A DNA stretch of 64,000 nt from Microcoleus sp. (GTDB lineage Bacteria > Cyanobacteriota > Cyanobacteriia > Cyanobacteriales > Microcoleaceae): positions 384,001-448,000 of the forward strand of contig JAYFMW010000005.1 in the NCBI GenBank assembly GCA_042408215.1. Reading direction: 5' to 3'. The notes under the pieces are model-generated. The model was not told the DNA's origin and made no database searches. It saw only the letters and a list, made by a program, of their open reading frames with translations. Position numbers and translations under genes: made by a program. The stretch's first letter is position 1; each line of letters begins with the position of its first letter. Shown one piece after another: positions 42,740 to 52,800 of the stretch.

Positions 42740-43158
42740 CAATGCGAACGGCAAGTCCCGCACTCTATCCGTTTACAGGATGAGTGACGGGATGAAAGCG
42801 CAGCCCAAAATAAATTGAGCGGTAGAGAATCAAGATCAATTCTATCTGCTATAATAATCTAATCAGCATTCGACAATCTCGATAAATGTATAGAGCCTAC
42901 AAATACAGAATCTCTCCCACAAGTGAGCAATAAACCTTGCTTGCAAAGTCTTTCGGCTGTGCGAGATGGTTCTGGAACTATGCTCTAAACCTATGTCAAG
43001 AAACTTATAAGAATACTGGGAAGGCGTTATCTAGAGGATACATACAAGGCTTGCTTCCTGCGCTCAAAAAAGAATATGAATGGTTAAAAGAACCATATTC
43101 TCAATGTCTGCAAGTCGTAGCTTTGAATCTATCAACTGCCTATAAAAACTTCTTTGAC
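42740..43158 (+). pseudogene. Left end and 5' fragment of a tnpB element (internal stop; truncated by the next IS)
   Basis: MYRAYKYRISPTSEQ*TLLAKSFGCARWFWNYAL...AYKNFFD from ATG 42886; TAA at 42931-42933; inserted after TTAAC. Confidence 0.8.
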
Positions 43159-43271
43159 AAAAAGAATGGGATTCAAGCCCCGTCCTTTTAGGACGGCTTT
43201 ATATTAGACCTCTTGCCAGAAAAATCCCTGAAAGCCCACCCCTAAGCGGGTCGGATGAAAGGGCTGCGGTT

Positions 43272-43415
43272 TTAGTCCCCGCCTTTAGGTTCTGGAAATT
43301 TAGCAATTAAATGTCTAATCAATTCTGATTTTGTCATTCCTCGTCTCATAGCTTCTTCTTCTAATTGCCTCATTTGATCATCAGATATTCTGATCTGTAA
43401 ATAACAATTTTTCAT
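43272..43415 (-). CDS. Small ribbon-helix-helix (CopG-like) protein divergent from tnpB
   Basis: Manual translation MKNCYLQIRISDDQMRQLEEEAMRRGMTKSELIRHLIAKFPEPKGGD (47 aa; below the ORF-track cutoff). Confidence 0.75.
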   Translation of the reverse strand: MKNCYLQIRISDDQMRQLEEEAMRRGMTKSELIRHLIAKFPEPKGGD

Positions 43416-43500
43416 GGTTTTGTATTGCCAAACATCAATACATATATGATAATGGAATTAAGAAAAAATAGAAAGGTCGATTTCTGTTAGAGGTAAAGAA

Positions 43501-44991
43501 ATGTTGTTAAGCTACAAATACAAGATTAGACCCAATCAAGAACAATCAATTAAGCTAAGTAAATGGCTTGATCTGCTCAGGGCTACCTATAATTGGTGTC
43601 TGAAAGATAGAATTGATGGCTGGTATCAACAGTTTCTTATGGGGGAATATTGCGATTTACAAACCCAAGCCATCGCCACACCTTTAACTTGTGCAGTTGT
43701 GAAGGGGACTCAATTAGCGAATCCTTGGAAAGATGGAAATGGGAAAGCCCAAAAAGAAGGAGAAAAAGATAAATCACCTAAACGTACACCATCTTTAATG
43801 CAAGATGCTAATCTACAAGATTTAAAAGCGGCTAGACCTTGGTATCAAAATATTGATCTAGGAGTTTTACAATTAATTCCGGCAAGGGTGAATGAGTCTT
43901 TTAACAAGTTTTTCAAGGGTGCAGGCTTCCCAAAATTCAAGCGTCGTCACGATTTTAAGTCCTTCTCTTATAAGCCAGGACGGGTGAAATTTAAGGGAAA
44001 TAAAATCTATTTGCCTAAAATCGGATGGATGCGTTTTTATAATTCGCGCTCTATTCCCGTTGGGTTTCAAATTAAAACTGTTACAGTAAGGCAAAAAGTA
44101 GATGGTTGGTATGTTTCAGTCAGATTAGAGGATAAATCTGTTCCTGATTTTCCTAGGCGAGCCGATTCTGAAGTAAAAACAATTGTTGGCTGTGATATGG
44201 GATTAGGTAAATTGGTTTATTTGTCGGATGGAAGTGTCATCGACAATCCTCGTTTTTCTACGAATAAGAAAACTCGTCATTTAATGAAAGTTAGACAACG
44301 ACGAGTTAATCGCAAACAAAAAGGGAGTAAAAATCGTTCCAAGGCTCAACAGCTTGTTAATAAACTGCATAACAAAATTGCACAAAGACGCGAGTCTCAC
44401 CAATGGGATGCAGCTAATCGAATTGTCAAAAAAGCTGACGCGATCGCGGTTGAAGATTTGAATATTTCTGGCATGATGAAACGGTGTAAACCTGTTAAGT
44501 CTGAAACTGGCAGATTTCTTTCAAATGGACAGTCAGCTAAACGCGGTTTAAACCGTTCAATTGCCGATGCGTATTGGTATGCGTTAACCCAAAAACTTGA
44601 GTATCTGGCGGCAAAGTCAGGAAAGAGATTATACCGAGTTAATCCTAAACATACCAGCCAAACTTGTAGCCAATGTGGTCATATTGATCGAGCTAGTAGA
44701 AATGGTGAAAAGTTCATTTGTACTAACTGTGGTCATATAGATGACGCTAATTTGCAGGCTGCCAGAAATGTCAAGCAAAAAGCGATTTTCCAGAAAGGTT
44801 TAAATATTGTTAAGATTTTCAAGAAAAAGGTACGGGGGGACTCTCCGAAACCAATACAAACGACTCTTTTTGATGTCGGATTGTATGAACGCCTATCAGA
44901 TAATACGGTGCTTCCTAAAAGAAGCAAACGCCGTGTGGGTAGGAACCAAGTCGAACAATTAAGTTTGTTTAATTTGGATATTTTGGCTTAA
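43501..44991 (+). CDS. tnpB: TnpB family protein (RuvC-III Asp position reads Asn)
   Basis: YKYKIRP, GFPKFK, GCDMG, AVEDLNI, HTSQTCSQCG, C-x2-CGHIDDANLQAARN. Confidence 0.9.
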   Translation: MLLSYKYKIRPNQEQSIKLSKWLDLLRATYNWCLKDRIDGWYQQFLMGEYCDLQTQAIATPLTCAVVKGTQLANPWKDGNGKAQKEGEKDKSPKRTPSLMQDANLQDLKAARPWYQNIDLGVLQLIPARVNESFNKFFKGAGFPKFKRRHDFKSFSYKPGRVKFKGNKIYLPKIGWMRFYNSRSIPVGFQIKTVTVRQKVDGWYVSVRLEDKSVPDFPRRADSEVKTIVGCDMGLGKLVYLSDGSVIDNPRFSTNKKTRHLMKVRQRRVNRKQKGSKNRSKAQQLVNKLHNKIAQRRESHQWDAANRIVKKADAIAVEDLNISGMMKRCKPVKSETGRFLSNGQSAKRGLNRSIADAYWYALTQKLEYLAAKSGKRLYRVNPKHTSQTCSQCGHIDRASRNGEKFICTNCGHIDDANLQAARNVKQKAIFQKGLNIVKIFKKKVRGDSPKPIQTTLFDVGLYERLSDNTVLPKRSKRRVGRNQVEQLSLFNLDILA

Positions 44992-45032
44992 AACCAAAAG
45001 AATCCCATCCCCTTTAGGGGTGGGAGTGTCAA

Positions 45033-45164
45033 CCCTTAGAGGAACTCTGTAGCATGGTGAAAGCGATGAGTCTCTGCGGTTTAGGACAATCGGCCCCAAA
45101 TCCGATCCTAAGTACAGTCCGCCACTTCCGCGATGAATATTTAGCACTGATCCAAACCAAGTAA
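45033..45164 (+). pseudogene. hoxF: 3' remnant (43 codons) of diaphorase subunit HoxF
   Basis: [43 protein letters not shown] directly after the IS right end and before hoxU. Confidence 0.85.
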
Positions 45165-45213
45165 CGGTGGAACTTTAGTGCTTAGAAAATAATGCCACAC
45201 ATGGTGAAAAAAA

Positions 45214-45930
45214 ATGGCTGTAGTAACCCTAAAAATTGACGATATCGAAGTTGCCGCCGAGCAAGGTCAAAGCATTCTTGCTACTGCAAAAGAAGCAGGA
45301 ATCCAGATTCCGACGCTCTGTCACCTTGAGGGTGTCACCGATGTGGGAGCCTGTCGCTTGTGCATGGTCGAAGTCAAAGGCAGTTCTAAATTGTTAGCCG
45401 CTTGCGTAACTCAAGTTGCCGAAGGAATGGAAGTGCAAACCCATACCGATCAGTTAAAGAATTATCGCAAAATGGTAGTGGAAATGCTCTTTGCTGAGGG
45501 CAATCATATTTGTGCTGTGTGCGTTGCGAATGGTAACTGTGAACTGCAAAATATGGCGATCGCCACAGGGATGGAGCATTCTCGCTTTCCCTATCAATTC
45601 CCTCAACGCGATGTGGATGTATCCCACGAACTCTTTGGCATCGATCGCAACCGTTGCATATTCTGTACGCGCTGTGTGCGAGTCTGTGACGAGATCGAAG
45701 GAGCACACGTTTGGGATGTGGCCAATCGTGGCGCAGAGTCACGCTTGATTACAGGACTCGATCAGCCTTGGGGTGAAGTCGATGCTTGTACATCTTGCGG
45801 TAAATGTGTCGATGCTTGTCCGACGGGCGCAATCTTTGATAAAGGTTCGGCTGTTGGTGAAATGGAACGCGATCGCACCAAACTAGAATTCATCGTCACC
45901 GCCAGGGAGCAGAAGCAATGGACAAGATAA
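45214..45930 (+). CDS. hoxU: Bidirectional hydrogenase diaphorase subunit HoxU
   Basis: IPTLCH, GACRLC, EGNHICAVC-x-ANG-x-CELQ, C-x2-C-x2-C ferredoxin motifs. Confidence 0.95.
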   Translation: MAVVTLKIDDIEVAAEQGQSILATAKEAGIQIPTLCHLEGVTDVGACRLCMVEVKGSSKLLAACVTQVAEGMEVQTHTDQLKNYRKMVVEMLFAEGNHICAVCVANGNCELQNMAIATGMEHSRFPYQFPQRDVDVSHELFGIDRNRCIFCTRCVRVCDEIEGAHVWDVANRGAESRLITGLDQPWGEVDACTSCGKCVDACPTGAIFDKGSAVGEMERDRTKLEFIVTAREQKQWTR

Positions 45931-45955
45931 AATTAGCTAATGTTTGGTTAGCAGT
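45862..45955 (+). repeat. hoxU 3'/hoxY 5' junction, duplicated at 55817-55910
   Basis: Near-identical 94-bp direct repeat; this copy carries a truncated hoxY start MDKIKLANVWLA. Confidence 0.9.
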
Positions 45956-46015
45956 TGGAAAATCAGGACTTAGGCATCAAAACCTTCATAACCGGGTTTC
46001 GACAGTTCGCTCAAC

Positions 46016-46568
46016 GATGCACGGACAAAAATGTTAAATCCCAAGTGGTATGAAGGGATGTCAACGCACGGATATGAAGGAGTGCGGTAATTATCCAAGC
46101 GTCTCGTTAATACAATGGGATGCATTGGTGTCAACTTAAGGCTGAAATTCTTGATAAATGTCGCTTTTAGGCGAAGTCTAGATCCCCCTAAATCCCCCTG
46201 ATTGTTGGGGGACTTTGAACAAGTTCTTGTCCCCCCCTTCTGAAGGGGGGCTAGGGGGGATCAGGCGTTAATAGTCAAACAGCAGTCTCTGACTGAGTTT
46301 GAGCTTAAGTTGACACCTATGAATGGGATGGAGTGCCACCGCGATCGCCGTTGACAATTGGGTGTATGAGGATGTAAATGAGACGTCGATCAACGATGAA
46401 GCGATGCAGAAGCGTTTGATGAACTTAAATCCTCATTCATTCCCTAAGATGGCGATCGCATTATTAGAGGTGAATGGACGCGGTTATTGGGAGACTTCTG
46501 AGAGTAATTTGGATCGTTTACGGGAGTTATATCAGGATGTGGAAGATGGGATTGAAGGGGTAGAATAG
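46016..46568 (+). pseudogene. chlH: Orphan 3' fragment of Mg-chelatase subunit H, with internal stop and MITE insertion
   Basis: [16 protein letters not shown]2-HGYEGVR*LSKRLVNTMG|[14 protein letters not shown]...[13 protein letters not shown]...EDGIEGVE. Confidence 0.85.
46123..46321. mobile_element. 199-bp MITE with 18-bp TIRs and 9-bp TSD
   Basis: TIR cattggtgtcaacttaag / cttaagttgacacctatg; TSD aatgggatg at 46114-46122 and 46322-46330. Confidence 0.88.
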
Positions 46569-46580
46569 AGATAGTTTAGG

Positions 46581-46602
46581 GCAGGCTTTTTGCCTGCTTT
46601 TT
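46581..46602 (+). terminator. Putative intrinsic terminator after the chlH fragment
   Basis: gcaggc-ttttt-gcctgc hairpin followed by a T-run. Confidence 0.55.
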
Positions 46603-47260
46603 AACAGAAGGAGAAACCGGGTTTCTGAGCGCGATCGCGTCTTTTTTTGTGCTGATTTCTCTTTCTGTTTGTCTCTGTGCCTTTGTGTTTCACTCTCAGA
46701 AAACCCATCAATTATGTATAGCAGTCGCCAAGGCGATGAGAGTCATTGCTCCCTGAGCGGAGTCGAAGGGAGCAATGACTAAAGCACCTTAACAGCCTTG
46801 GCGGTTGCTATATAATAGAGAAACCGGGTTTCTGAGGGCGATCGTCTAGGTCGAAACCGGGTTGCTCACAGTCATCACTGGGCCACGAGTATTAGTAAAC
46901 AAACCCGGTTTCTGCGATCGTCATTAATAGAAATTAATATTTTTTTCACTATTTAGTGGTAGAATCAATAATAAGTATTTATCCTCAAGCTAGATCGGCT
47001 AAAGTATGTAGAAAGTATGTAGGGATACTAATGGTGCTTTAAATATTATAATGTTGAAAGCTCATGAAGGGTACGCCGTTCATTCTTACGGATGATGCTA
47101 TCGAGGTTTTTCCGGTGTCGGATCAGTCCTAGATGCCTGAAATATATCGCGTAAATGTACCACACTGTCAAAGCATCTTGGATGCTGCTCGACCTGTGGA
47201 GCCTCTAATTAAGACTTCCCAAATAGGAATCAAGAATCATCAATTGATCGGGTACAGAAA

Positions 47261-48478
47261 ATGGAAATCAAACCAGTTAGCCGTCCTGTTGTTCACAAAG
47301 TCGCAGTTATTGGTGGTGGGCTTGGAGGTCTAGCAACGGCGATCGCCCTGCGAAAACAAGGCATTGATGCCCATGTCTATGAACGAGCCAAAGAATTTCG
47401 CCCAGTGGGAGCGGGTTTGGCTCTATTTGCGAACGGCTTAAACTCCCTTGATGCCATCTCTCCAGGTATCGTCGAGGAGCTCAAACGCGCCAGCAGCCAA
47501 CTAAATCAGAGTTTTTTCAAAAAACATACAGGAGAGACAATCACACAAAACACAGCCACCCACCAGGAGAAATACGGACAGCCAACGTTGCTTTTCTGGT
47601 GGTGGCGCTTGCAGCAAGTCTTGGCCTCCGCACTCCCCCCGGAAGCGATCCACTTGGATTATCGCTGCATCGGCTTTGAGCAAGATGAGAACGGAGTGAC
47701 AGCCCATTTTGATGGGGGTAAATCGGTACGGGCTGACCTGTTGATTGGTGCAGATGGATTAAACTCAGCAGTTAGACAAACTCTGATCGGTGATGAGGAA
47801 GCTCGTTATTTGGGCAGTATGTCTTGGCGGGCGGTGATCGAGTATAACCACGAATTGCTAAATCCCAATGAACTGATTTTGATGAAGGGAGAGCAAAAAG
47901 TTCTTTTCTTGTTTGATGTGGGCGGTGGCTACAGATGTTGGACGTTACGGGCGTTGATGCCAAAATGTCCAGTGCCTGAGAGTGCAGCAGAAATTAAGTC
48001 TAGCATTTTGGAGAAATTATCGACTTGGTGGGAACCCGCAAGGGGGATCGTTGAAGCCACTGATCCAAAGCAGATTTTATTTTTCCCACTCTGCGATCGC
48101 CTGCCTTTGAAGAGTTGGAGCCAAGGACGGGTGACACTTCTAGGCGATGCTGCCCATCCCATGTCCCCTTCTGCTGGACAGGGAGCCAATAGCACTTTTG
48201 AAGATGCCTACGAACTGGCTCAATGCCTTTCCCAGTCGTCCAGCATTGAAGAAGCCTTGACCACCTATGAGAACCGACGCATCCCGCGTACCCAAGCAAT
48301 CCAAGCCCGAAGTGCTTTCGGCGAACAGCGCCTCTATGCAATGGACATAGGAACAGAAGACCCAGAAAAAGCGGCGCGAGAACGGGTCGCTTTTGAAGAG
48401 TTTCAGAGTTGGGCCTATGGGTATGACCCCAATAGTGAATCGCGTTTGAAACCCTGGATGGAAATATCAGCAACATAA
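47261..48478 (+). CDS. FAD-dependent monooxygenase (salicylate hydroxylase/zeaxanthin epoxidase-like group A)
   Basis: VIGGGLGGL, LIGADG-x2-S-x-VR, LLGDAAHPM-x-P-x2-GQGAN-x3-ED. Confidence 0.9.
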   Translation: MEIKPVSRPVVHKVAVIGGGLGGLATAIALRKQGIDAHVYERAKEFRPVGAGLALFANGLNSLDAISPGIVEELKRASSQLNQSFFKKHTGETITQNTATHQEKYGQPTLLFWWWRLQQVLASALPPEAIHLDYRCIGFEQDENGVTAHFDGGKSVRADLLIGADGLNSAVRQTLIGDEEARYLGSMSWRAVIEYNHELLNPNELILMKGEQKVLFLFDVGGGYRCWTLRALMPKCPVPESAAEIKSSILEKLSTWWEPARGIVEATDPKQILFFPLCDRLPLKSWSQGRVTLLGDAAHPMSPSAGQGANSTFEDAYELAQCLSQSSSIEEALTTYENRRIPRTQAIQARSAFGEQRLYAMDIGTEDPEKAARERVAFEEFQSWAYGYDPNSESRLKPWMEISAT

Positions 48479-48685
48479 TCCTTAGACATCTCCTAAAAAT
48501 AAGGTCAAAGGCCGGCTGGATGCCTGCCCTACAATAGTTTTTGGAGATGTCTATTAGACAAACCTTAACAGGACTGTTCGAGCTTTTTTGAGCGCCGCGA
48601 AAGTTGAAAGCGCCGCGCTACGATCCCACTTAAAAGTTTTCTAACCGGCGCAATTGTTACCAAAAGAAGCAGATCCGAAACTAGA

Positions 48686-48803
48686 TATAGCCCTTCTCTG
48701 TTCAATGAGGTACGCTTGGGGATTGGGCATAGGGCATAGGGCATTGGGCATTGGGCCTAGGGCATCGATCGGCTTGTACCTCATGCGGTTGAAAACCGCT
48801 ATA
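48686..48803. mobile_element. MITE with TATAGC...GCTATA ends carrying a GGGCAT(A/T) array
   Basis: Same family as 4455 and 16039. Confidence 0.7.
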
Positions 48804-49853
48804 TAGGTGTAGGGAGGGTGAGAAGGAGAAACCGGGTTTGAGACAGTCATCAGTGAACCTGTAGGGGCGGGGAACCCCTATCTATGCCACGAAACAGACA
48901 GGCTGGAAAACCAGCCCCGAAACCTGGTTTTTGCGCGCTTTTCTGGGCGCGATCGTGTCTTCTTTTGTGCTAATTTTTCTTTCTTTGTGTCTCTGTGCCT
49001 TTGTGTTTCACTCTCAGAAAACCCATCAATTATGTATAGAGAAACCCGGTTTCTGAGCGCGATCGCGTCTTTTTTTTTACCGCATATAAACGAAAATAAA
49101 CACAGATGAAAGAGGAGAAAATTAACGGGATCGCACCCTCTGCCGCATCAGGTTTTTCTTGAGGCTTTTCCCATTAATTCACGGGAAAGTATCGGTAAAT
49201 ATCTTTCCGGTGTAACACCCTAACAAAAGTAATAGTTTCGTCCTCAAAATAAAAACCTATTCGATAGTCGCCAACCCTAAGCCGATACGCATTGTCATCG
49301 CCTTTTATTTTTTTTAAGTTATAGCATTCGCCAAGGCGGTTAGGTCACGATCGCCCAACGGCTGCGTTTATCCGCTCGCGTATTCGAAGGGCGAGGATGA
49401 CCATCCATGTCTTAACCACCTTGGCGGTTGCTATACCTCCCTAGAGCTATTTTCTTTATTTACTTATCTTAACATAGTTTTGTTTTTCCTTGCCGACTTA
49501 CTTAGATTTTTATTTTGTGTTAAAAAAAGCTAAATTTTGGGTTGAATGTGCCTCTATTTGTTGGATAATATAAACAGGAAAGTTTGGGAGAATAGTTTAA
49601 ATACGAATTTCCTAAAACATTGATCGATAAGGCTTTCACTCATACTGTCCCGATCGATCGAACACAGAAAAACAACCATACTGTTGTTTAAAGTAAGTGC
49701 AGGTTCGTTAACTTTTGTGAATACTGCTTGAAAATTTTAGATCTTGATTACATCAGCCAAAGGGCAAGTTTTACGAAAATTAGACGGAGGAATAATAGCC
49801 AAAAATTCTGTGAAAAACTGAACAATACCAGCAATAACTAAAGGTTTGAACTT

Positions 49854-52800
49854 ATGACTGAAAGAACTTACGCAACCATAGATGGCAACGAAGCGGTCGC
49901 TTATGTCGCCTACCGCCTGAATGAAGTGATCGCAATTTATCCGATCACACCTTCATCGCCGATGGCCGAGTGGTCCGATGCCTGGACCGCAGAAGGGAAG
50001 CCGAATATTTGGGGTACAATTCCGTCGGTGGTGGAAATGCAGAGCGAAGGCGGCGTGGCTGGGGCTGTTCACGGCGCACTGCAAACGGGATCATTAACAA
50101 CCACGTTTACCGCGTCCCAAGGCCTGTTATTGATGATCCCCAATATGTACAAGATTGCTGGGGAACTTACGCCGACGGTGTTTCACATTGCAGCGCGATC
50201 GCTGGCGGCCCAAGGGCTCTCAATTTTTGGGGATCACAGTGATGTCACTGCGACACGCACTACCGGTTTTGCGATGTTGTGTTCGGCTTCAGTGCAGGAA
50301 GCCCACGATTTTGCTTTGATTTCCACCGCTGCTACCTTGCGATCGCGCATTCCTTTCTTACATTTCTTTGACGGTTTCCGTACCTCCCACGAAGTGCAGA
50401 AAGTGGAAATGCTGACAGAAGATGATTTGCGATCGCTCGTTCCCGATGAACTCGTATTCGCCCATAGAGCGCGATCGCTCACCCCCGATCGCCCAGTATT
50501 GCGCGGTACTGCTCAAAATCCCGACGTTTATTTCCAAGGCAGAGAAAGCGTTAATTCTTATTATACCGCCTGCCTAGATATCACTGAACAAGTGATGAAT
50601 GATTTTGCTCAACTAACAGGACGGCAATACCAACTCTACGAATATTACGGCGATTCCGCAGCAGAAAAGATCGTCATTATCATGGGTTCTGGTTGCGAAT
50701 CCGTCCATGAAACCGTAGATTATCTAAATGCCAAAGGTGAAAAATTAGGCATTGTCAAAGTACGGATGTATCGCCCATTCGACGGTAAACGACTGATGGC
50801 TGCCATACCCGAAACAGTAAAATCCATCGCCGTTTTAGACCGCACCAAAGAACCAGGTGCCGGTGGGGAACCGCTTTATTTAGACGTAATTACCGCCCTA
50901 GTAGAACAAGAACGCACCGCCATTAAAGTAGTAGGTGGACGTTACGGCTTATCATCTAAAGAATTCACCCCATCAATGATTAAAGCCGTATTTGATAACC
51001 TCAGCGCGGCCAAACCCAAGAATCATTTTACAGTAGGAATTAACGACGACGTTACCCACACCAGCCTAGACTACGACCATGAATTTAACATCGAATCTGA
51101 TAGCGTAGTTCGAGCTATTTTCTACGGATTAGGCGCTGATGGTACGGTAGGAGCCAACAAAAACTCCATCAAAATTATCGGCGAAGAAACTGATAATTAC
51201 GCTCAAGGTTACTTCGTCTATGACTCTAAAAAATCTGGTTCCGTCACCATTTCTCACCTCCGCTTCGGGCCCCAGCCAATTCGTTCTATTTATCTCATAG
51301 AAAGAGCGAATTTTGTCGCCTGTCATCAATGGGGATTTATGGAACAATTCGATATGCTGAAAGAGATTGTTCCCGGTGGCACATTCCTAGTAAATAGCAT
51401 CTATGGCCCCGAGGATGTTTGGATTCGGCTACCGCTGTCAGTACAAGAGACAATTATTCAGAAAAAACTGAAATTTTATGTCTCCGATGCTAATAAAGTT
51501 GCCCGTGAAGCAGGCATGGCAGGACGCATAAATACAGTCATGCAAGCCTGCTTTTTTGCCCTCTCTGGAGTATTGCCGCGAGCAGAAGCGATCGCCCAAA
51601 TTAAAAAGGCAATTAAAAAGAGTTACGGCAAAAAAGGCCCAGAGATTGTCAAGATGAACATGGACGCTGTAGATCGTTCATTGGAATATCTTTTTGAAGT
51701 AAAAGTTCCCGATACTGCCAACAGTGAAATTACCTTGCGTTTGCCCGTTCCTGATACCGCTCCAGCCTTTGTGCGCGAAGTTTTAGGGGCAATGATCGGC
51801 AAGTGCGGCGACAATTTGCCCGTCAGTGCAATGCCCGTAGATGGTACTTATCCCACCGGCACTTCTAAATGGGAAAAACGCAATATTGCCACAGAAATTC
51901 CCGTTTGGGATACCGATGTTTGTGTGCAGTGCGGTAAATGTGTAATGGTTTGTCCTCACAGCGTTATTCGCTCCAAAGTTTACGAACCAGAACAGTTAGC
52001 AAATGCACCAGAAACATTCAAGAGCAAAGATGCTAAAGACCACGATTGGCAAGGCTTAAAATTCACCATTCAAGTTGCTCCTGAAGACTGTACAGGTTGC
52101 GGACTCTGTGTAGATGTTTGCCCCGCCAAGAACAAAACCCAGCCTAAATTAAAGGCAATTAATATGGCAGAACAATTGCCATTGCGGGAACCTGAACGGG
52201 AAAACTGGGATTTCTTTCTCGGTTTGCCAAATCCAGATCGGCGGGAATTAAAATTGAATAAAATCAATCAACAGCAAATGCAAGAACCGCTGTTTGAATT
52301 CTCTGGAGCTTGTGGAGCTTGCGGCGAAACGCCTTATCTCAAATTAGTTAGTCAACTCTTTGGCGATCGCATGGTAGTTGCTAATGCTACCGGTTGTTCT
52401 TCCATTTATGGCGGTAATTTACCAACAACACCTTGGACAACCAACAGCGAAGGACGCGGCCCCGCTTGGTCAAATTCCCTATTTGAAGATAACGCCGAAT
52501 TTGGGTTAGGTTTCCGAGTCTCCATTGACAAGCAAACTCAATTTGCCACTGAATTATTGCAACGAATTGGCGGCGAAATAGGCGACAATTTAGTGCATGA
52601 TATCCTAGCTTCCGAACAAAAAAACGAGGCGGATATTTGGGAACAGCGGGAACGAGTAGTTCAACTCAAACAAAAACTGCAAGAGATTGATTCCGCTACC
52701 GCCAAACAGTTGCTAAGTTTAGCTGATTTTCTAGTAAAAAAGAGCGTCTGGATTATCGGCGGCGACGGTTGGGCCTATGATATTGGTTACGGCGGTTTAG

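Larger units (their letters stand above)
43159..45032 (+). mobile_element. IS200/IS605-family element (RHH gene + tnpB, no tnpA)
   Basis: Starts after TTGAC with aaaaagaatgggattcaagccccgtccttttaggacggcttt; ends aagaatcccatcccctttaggggtgggagtgTCAA; a second left-end-like hairpin near 43218-43270 suggests further nesting. Confidence 0.8.

Noticed and set aside
43159..43200. Covariation between left-end guide bases and target motif across the IS605-type ends
   Set aside because: TTGAC/caa and GTCAT/gaa fit, but the 8196 element does not and its boundary is uncertain; four examples are too few.
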